The position numbers were made by a program, and so were the translations under genes. 32,000 nt of DNA from Megasphaera elsdenii DSM 20460 (GTDB taxonomy: Bacteria > Bacillota > Negativicutes > Veillonellales > Megasphaeraceae). Below, in pieces: positions 27,437 through 32,000 of this stretch. Every line of letters begins with the position of its first letter. The stretch's first letter is position 1. Location of the stretch: assembly GCF_003010495.1 (NCBI RefSeq), contig NZ_CP027570.1, forward strand, positions 2,040,001 through 2,072,000, in the 5' to 3' direction. The notes beneath the pieces are model-generated. The model ran no database searches. It saw only the letters and a list, made by a program, of their open reading frames with translations, and was not told the origin of the DNA.

Positions 27437-28393
27437 TTATTCGCCTAGGGCATAGAGTACGTCGGCTGCGACGGCGTTTAGGTTGTAGCGGCTGGTGTAG
27501 CACACCAGGGTCCCTTGGGACGCGGCCTGCTGGCAGGCTTTGCGGACCAGGGCGTGGCCCGTGTGGTTGGTATTGATGATGAGCACATCGGCACCTTGCA
27601 ATTTTTGGATGTCGAAATGTTTGCTTTCCAGAATCATCCAATGAGGGAAGCGCGTGCGGACTTTGTCATGCCACAGGGCGCTGCCGCCAGCCAGACAGAC
27701 GCGGAATCCTTTGAGGGCCTTTTCCAGGCGCGACGTGTAGTCGTCGGGCAGGGGAAAGGCCCTTTTTTCGACGTCTTCCTGGGGACAGCGCGTTTCCCAT
27801 TCGCGCAGGGACTGTTCCAGCGTCTGGACGTAGCCGTCGTAATTTTCCTGCAAGGTCTTATAATAGGCCTGGGTCTGGGCCAGTTCGTCGCGGAGACGGG
27901 CAGCATCGTCGTCGGCGACGGGCAGCGTGTCGTCGTAGACCAGGCGGATGACACCCAAGGCCAGGGCGATTTGGCCGGCCGTATCCAGAACGCCTGCCAA
28001 GGTCAACGCTTCTGCCGTATTCGATGGCATACGGGGCTGAGTCACTGCCATGAGGCCCCGGACTTTGTGGCCTTCGATGGCCGTCGGCCGCGGGAACTGT
28101 TCTACCGTAATCGTAGCGGCCTTCACCGTGCCTGATGAATCGGTCCGGCTCAGGTCGTAAACGGATTTGCGCGGCGTGAAGGAGTGCTGCGTCAGGCGGC
28201 ATGTGCCATCCATGCAGCCCGTCTTGTCCGGGAATTCGATGTACCCGTCTTTTTGCAGTTTGTCCCATAATCGCGCTGTCGGAACGGGCCGCCCTGCCAG
28301 GCAGAGCATTTCGCCATATGGCAAGAAACATTCATTGCCGCGGCACGACAGTCCTGTTATTTCATTGATATACATAAGCTGTGTGATTTTCAT
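27437..28393 (-). CDS. Uncharacterised protein: Cys-rich N-terminus, central coiled-coil-like segment, DUF2325-like C-terminal domain
   Basis: ATG 28393 lies 9 nt after AGGAGA (the ORF opens at 28417). The C-terminus RVCLAGGSALW...ADVLIINTNHTGHALVRKACQQAASQGTLVCYTS resembles DUF2325 from memory. I could not run a profile search. Confidence 0.6.
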   Translation of the reverse strand: MKITQLMYINEITGLSCRGNECFLPYGEMLCLAGRPVPTARLWDKLQKDGYIEFPDKTGCMDGTCRLTQHSFTPRKSVYDLSRTDSSGTVKAATITVEQFPRPTAIEGHKVRGLMAVTQPRMPSNTAEALTLAGVLDTAGQIALALGVIRLVYDDTLPVADDDAARLRDELAQTQAYYKTLQENYDGYVQTLEQSLREWETRCPQEDVEKRAFPLPDDYTSRLEKALKGFRVCLAGGSALWHDKVRTRFPHWMILESKHFDIQKLQGADVLIINTNHTGHALVRKACQQAASQGTLVCYTSRYNLNAVAADVLYALGE

Positions 28394-28610
28394 AATATGA
28401 TTTCTCCTCGCGTCCATAGAATATGTTTCTATTATACGGCAGGCCTTGGGGCTTGAATAGGGGCGGAAACATCTTGTTATGAAGGGAAATTCACTCCATT
28501 TATAGTTCTATGAAGAAAAAGTACAGAATTTTTTGTGTCAAGGAGAAAAAATTATGATAGAATAAGGGGGTACATATGCAGAGTATACTAATAGAGGAGG
28601 TGCGCCGATA

Positions 28611-29171
28611 ATGATGAAGCGGAATATCGTTCTCGTCGGCATGATGGGGAGCGGCAAAAGTCATATTGGCCGCAAGCTGGCCCAGCGCCTCGGCTGGCAA
28701 TTTGTCGATACGGACCGGCGTATTGAACGGGCTGTGGGCATGACCATTGCCGAGTTCTATGCCAGTGCCGGAGAAAAAGTTTTTCGCGAACGGGAAATCA
28801 ATGTCCTGCAGCAAGTCAGCCGCTATCATGAAGCTGTCATTTCCTTTGGCGGCAACTTTCCCATGAATGTCGGTACTTATCGAATCCTGCATCGTCATGG
28901 ATTTATCGTCGCTTTATTGTCCGAACCGTTCCGCGTGGAAGAACGGGTCAGCCGTCATATAGGCAAGCGGCCGACTGTCGATTATGAGAATCTTCATGAT
29001 TTCGTCCACACGATGATGAAACAGTGGGAAGAGGTCTATCCGTACTGCGACTGCGTCATTGATACGACGCGCGGGGGAGCGTCACAGATCGTCGAATCCA
29101 TTGTCCATAAAATCAACGAAAGGCATGTGCAATTCATTGCCCGGGAAAAGAAGGAGAAGGATGTAAAATGA
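28611..29171 (+). CDS. aroK: Shikimate kinase
   Basis: Contains Walker A GMMGSGKSHIGR, FVDTD, EKVFREREINVL and FGGN, the AroK layout. The RBS GAGGAGG is at 28594-28600. It overlaps the pfkA start by 4 nt (ATGA). Confidence 0.85.
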   Translation: MMKRNIVLVGMMGSGKSHIGRKLAQRLGWQFVDTDRRIERAVGMTIAEFYASAGEKVFREREINVLQQVSRYHEAVISFGGNFPMNVGTYRILHRHGFIVALLSEPFRVEERVSRHIGKRPTVDYENLHDFVHTMMKQWEEVYPYCDCVIDTTRGGASQIVESIVHKINERHVQFIAREKKEKDVK

Positions 29172-30130
29172 TCAACAAAATCGGAGTATTGACCAGCGGC
29201 GGCGACGCTCCTGGTATGAATGCGGCTATCCGCGGGGTTACACGGTATGCCATCCAGAAAGGTCTTACTGTCGAAGGCATCATTCGCGGCTATGAAGGGC
29301 TGTTGAGTCATGAAACGCGCCCCTTAGGTCGTCGTGATGTCGGCGCTATCATCCATCGCGGCGGTACGATGCTTCGGACAGCCCGCTGCCTGGAATTCAA
29401 AGAAAAAGAAACGCAGAAAAAAGCAGCTGCCTACCTGCGTGAACTGGAAATAGATGCCCTCGTCGTCATCGGCGGCGACGGTTCCATGCGCGGTGCCCAG
29501 GCTTTGAGCCGCTGGGGCATCCCGACCATTACCATTCCCGGCACCATCGACAACGATATGATGGGGACGCAGTATACCCTGGGTTTCGATACGGCTGTCA
29601 ATACGGTTCTGGAATCGGTCAATAAGATTCGTGATACGGCGTTCTCCCATGACCGCGTCGCCGTCATCGAAGTCATGGGCCGTGAAGCCGGATTCATCGC
29701 CCTCAATGCCGGCATGGCTTCCGGTGCCGAAGCGGTCCTGGTCCCGGAACATCCTGTCGACTTGGCTGCCCTTTGCCGTCACCTGGAAGAATCGCACCGC
29801 ATGAAGAAATTGAGCAGTATCGTCATCGTCGCGGAAGGCGCTGCCAAAGGGGCCGATGTCGTCGACTACATCAAAGAACACACCTACCTTTCGCCGAACT
29901 TGACCGTCCTCGGCTATGTCCAGCGCGGCGGCGCTCCGTCGGCTTATGACGCCATCATGGCAGGCCGTTTTGCCCAGAAAGCCGTCGACAGCCTGCTGGC
30001 TGGCACGTACAACTGTGTCGTCGGCCTCATCGATAACCGCGTCGTAGCGACGCCGTATTCGGAAGCCGAAGCCCTGCGCTATCCCATCGACGAAAATCTG
30101 TTGAGCCTGGTCCATCTCTTAGGGAGATAA
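29168..30130 (+). CDS. pfkA: ATP-dependent 6-phosphofructokinase
   Basis: 320 aa. Contains MINKIGVLTSGGDAPGMNAAIRGV, ...IGGDGS..., ...PGTIDND... and ...MGR..., the canonical PfkA motifs. Confidence 0.95.
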   Translation: MINKIGVLTSGGDAPGMNAAIRGVTRYAIQKGLTVEGIIRGYEGLLSHETRPLGRRDVGAIIHRGGTMLRTARCLEFKEKETQKKAAAYLRELEIDALVVIGGDGSMRGAQALSRWGIPTITIPGTIDNDMMGTQYTLGFDTAVNTVLESVNKIRDTAFSHDRVAVIEVMGREAGFIALNAGMASGAEAVLVPEHPVDLAALCRHLEESHRMKKLSSIVIVAEGAAKGADVVDYIKEHTYLSPNLTVLGYVQRGGAPSAYDAIMAGRFAQKAVDSLLAGTYNCVVGLIDNRVVATPYSEAEALRYPIDENLLSLVHLLGR

Positions 30131-30365
30131 GGCGCCTGCGGCGCCGTTTGGCGTGCAACGTGATTCGTTTGCCGTGGCTGTGCATAAAGGAAATGCTCCT
30201 TGTGCACAGCCTCTTTTTTTGCGAAAGCTCTCACAAATACAGGTTTGGGACACCCACAGGATTCGCGCGGGCCTCCGCTTATGGAGGCCCCTACACCGCG
30301 GCCTGCGGCCAGCCGACTGCGTTTGTTTATTACGGCAAACGAACCACGACCCACGGTAAACGACG
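30131..30365. repeat. Mosaic repeat block R8: heptad arms bracketing a terminator and a REP-like hairpin
   Basis: Palindrome GGCGCC-TGC-GGCGCC (30131-30145). Left arm GTTTGGC GTGCAAC GTGATTC GTTTGCC GTGGCTG (30146-30180). REP-like hairpin GGGCCTCC-GCTTAT-GGAGGCCC plus CTAC (30265-30294). Inverted arm at 30334-30364, with 14 of 15 positions complementary at its inner end. Confidence 0.82.
30176..30220 (+). terminator. Rho-independent terminator (pfkA), embedded in repeat block R8
   Basis: Stem GGCTGTGCA (30176-30184) / TGCACAGCC (30203-30211) with an inner AAGGA/TCCTT extension, followed by TCTTTTTTT. Confidence 0.75.
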
Positions 30366-30423
30366 TGAAAAAGGGGTTATGCATGACGACGGCAGCCTTC
30401 GTGCGATAATCCCCTTCAATGCG

Positions 30424-30452
30424 TTGACATCTTATAAATATGCACGTATAAT
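30424..30452 (+). promoter_or_regulatory. Consensus sigma-70 promoter for the ABC transporter genes
   Basis: TTGACA (30424-30429), a 17-nt spacer, then TATAAT (30447-30452). Confidence 0.7.
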
Positions 30453-30507
30453 AGAGTAGCGTATATATTATCATATGTTACAGAGTGTCATTTAGAGGAG
30501 TGTTATC

Positions 30508-31173
30508 ATGTCGTTTGATTTTAGTCTGATCTGGAACTCATTGCCCCTGCTGTTAGCCGGTGCCGGTGTTACCATTGAAATCACGGCGATTGCTGTCGGC
30601 CTGGGTTTCATTTTCGGCCTGATTACCAGTGTCTGCCGTCTGTCAGGCGTCAAGGTCCTGCAGGTCATTGCCGTCTGCTACGTCAATATTATCCGTGGTA
30701 CGCCTATGCTGGTCCAGATTTTCCTGATTTATTTTGCCCTGCCCATGGTTATCGGTGAACGTATCAATCCTTTCGTCGCTGCCGTCGCTGCCTGCTCGAT
30801 CAATAGTGGGGCTTATGTTTCGGAAATTTTCCGCGCTGGGATCCAGTCTGTCGATAAAGGCCAGATGGAAGCCGGCCGGTCCCTGGGCTTATCGTGGATG
30901 CAGACCATGCGCTACGTCATCTTGCCCCAGGCTTTCAAACACGTCATCCCGCCGTTAGGCAACGAATTTATTTCCATGACCAAGGAAACGTCCCTGGTTT
31001 CGGTCATCGGCTTTGAAGAATTGACCCGCCGCGGCCAGCTCATCATCGCCAAGACCTATGGTTCTTTTGAAATCTGGCTTACGGTTGCTGCCATTTACCT
31101 GGTCATGACCTTGACCATTGCCCGTCTTGTAAGCTATTTGGAACGGAGGTTCGCAACGGATGATAGAAATTAA
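30508..31173 (+). CDS. Amino-acid ABC transporter permease (His/Glu/Gln/Arg/opine family)
   Basis: 221 aa with multiple TM segments and the EAA-like loop ...[25 protein letters not shown]... typical of polar amino-acid permeases. Confidence 0.9.
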   Translation: MSFDFSLIWNSLPLLLAGAGVTIEITAIAVGLGFIFGLITSVCRLSGVKVLQVIAVCYVNIIRGTPMLVQIFLIYFALPMVIGERINPFVAAVAACSINSGAYVSEIFRAGIQSVDKGQMEAGRSLGLSWMQTMRYVILPQAFKHVIPPLGNEFISMTKETSLVSVIGFEELTRRGQLIIAKTYGSFEIWLTVAAIYLVMTLTIARLVSYLERRFATDDRN

Positions 31174-31879
31174 AGGTTTGAAAAAAAGTTTTGGCAAGCA
31201 CGACGTCCTCAAGGGCATCGACTTGACCATTCAGGATAAAGAAGTCGTCGTCATCATCGGCCCGTCCGGTTCTGGTAAGAGTACGATTCTGCGCTGCATC
31301 AATTATCTGGAACAGCCGACGGCTGGGGAAATCATCGTCGACGGTATCAGCATGAGCGATGCCAAGAGCATCAACAATATCCGCAAGGAAGTCGGCATGG
31401 TCTTCCAGCGCTTCAATCTCTTCCCGCACATGACGGTCTTGCAGAACATCATCTTGTCGCCTATGAAGACCCGTGGTGAAAGCAAGGAAGAAGCGACGAA
31501 GACGGCTATCCAGCTGTTGGAAAAAGTCGGCTTGGCCGATAAGAAAGATGCCTATCCCGAAACCTTGTCCGGCGGCCAGCAGCAGCGTGTGGCCATTGCC
31601 CGCGCGTTGGCTATGAAGCCGAAGTTCATGCTTTTCGATGAACCGACATCGGCACTGGACCCGGAAATGGTCCGCGAAGTATTGGACGTCATCAAGGATT
31701 TGGCCAAAGACGGCATGTCCATGGCTATCGTTACCCATGAAATGGGCTTTGCCCGGGAAGTCGCCGATCGCGTCCTGTTCATCGATGAAGGGAAAATCCT
31801 CGAACAGGGCAAACCGGACGACATCTTCTTCCACCCGAAAGAAGAACGGACGAAACTCTTCCTGTCGAAGATATTGTAA
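31160..31879 (+). CDS. Amino-acid ABC transporter ATP-binding protein
   Basis: Contains Walker [10 protein letters not shown], the signature [15 protein letters not shown], Walker [12 protein letters not shown] and the H-loop VTHEM. It overlaps the permease by 14 nt. Confidence 0.94.
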   Translation: MIEIKGLKKSFGKHDVLKGIDLTIQDKEVVVIIGPSGSGKSTILRCINYLEQPTAGEIIVDGISMSDAKSINNIRKEVGMVFQRFNLFPHMTVLQNIILSPMKTRGESKEEATKTAIQLLEKVGLADKKDAYPETLSGGQQQRVAIARALAMKPKFMLFDEPTSALDPEMVREVLDVIKDLAKDGMSMAIVTHEMGFAREVADRVLFIDEGKILEQGKPDDIFFHPKEERTKLFLSKIL

Positions 31880-31886
31880 AAAGCGT

Positions 31887-31920
31887 AAAAAAAGCTGTCG
31901 CATAAGCGGCAGCTTTTTTT
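31887..31920 (+). terminator. Rho-independent terminator of the ABC operon
   Basis: Stem AGCTGTCGC (31893-31901) / GCGGCAGCT (31906-31913) with one G-U pair, an A-run before it and T7 after it. Confidence 0.8.
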
Positions 31921-32000
31921 GTGGTTCGTTTGGCGTGATTCGTTTGCCGAAAATTCGTAGAAATGCAGGCTGAGGCTGTGCACAGGATTCGCTCGGGCGC
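31921..32000. repeat. Start of another mosaic repeat block (runs off the window)
   Basis: Heptad arm GTGGTTC GTTTGGC GTGATTC GTTTGCC (31921-31948), then GGCTGTGCACAGGATTCGCTCGGGCGC. This matches the R8 junctions (30176-30184 joined to 30256-30270) without the terminator insert. Confidence 0.75.

Overview
This is a chromosomal window from what looks like a diderm Firmicute. My guess is Negativicutes, Megasphaera/Veillonellaceae-like, because Firmicute-type housekeeping genes sit beside an outer-membrane trimeric autotransporter that ends in an SLH domain. I cannot verify the taxon. Coding content is mostly ordinary: atpD'-atpC, a glycine T-box leader with glyQ-glyS, a small secreted protein, rplS, bioB, a CBS-type family II pyrophosphatase, pcrA-ligA, aroK-pfkA, and an amino-acid ABC permease/ATPase. 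There is also a dTDP-rhamnose locus (rfbA, rfbB, rfbD, rfbC plus a HAD hydrolase), one apparently intact IS3-family element, and two uncharacterised proteins. A ~4.8 kb ESPR/YadA-type adhesin gene is split over three reading frames. The unusual part is non-coding. Almost every intergenic gap (about 2.8 kb, summing my coordinates) is filled with a modular mosaic of repeats. The modules are: (i) arms made of 4-5 tandem heptads of the form GTNNNNN, lying within 50 nt downstream of gene 3' ends (two overlap the stop codon) and often paired with an inverted copy so that they bracket variable cargo; (ii) REP-like hairpins with a GTAG/CTAC foot; (iii) a short GATGCCGC-N3-GCGGCGAC hairpin; (iv) a 164-nt element with 10-bp terminal inverted repeats. 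One arm pair carries a four-helix-bundle (23S-rRNA-IVS-protein/Avd-like) gene between rfbA and rfbB, and the same arms occur empty after atpC. I found no defence island, CRISPR array, tRNA or rRNA. The repeat architecture is my best candidate for something undescribed. All functional readings of it are inference.
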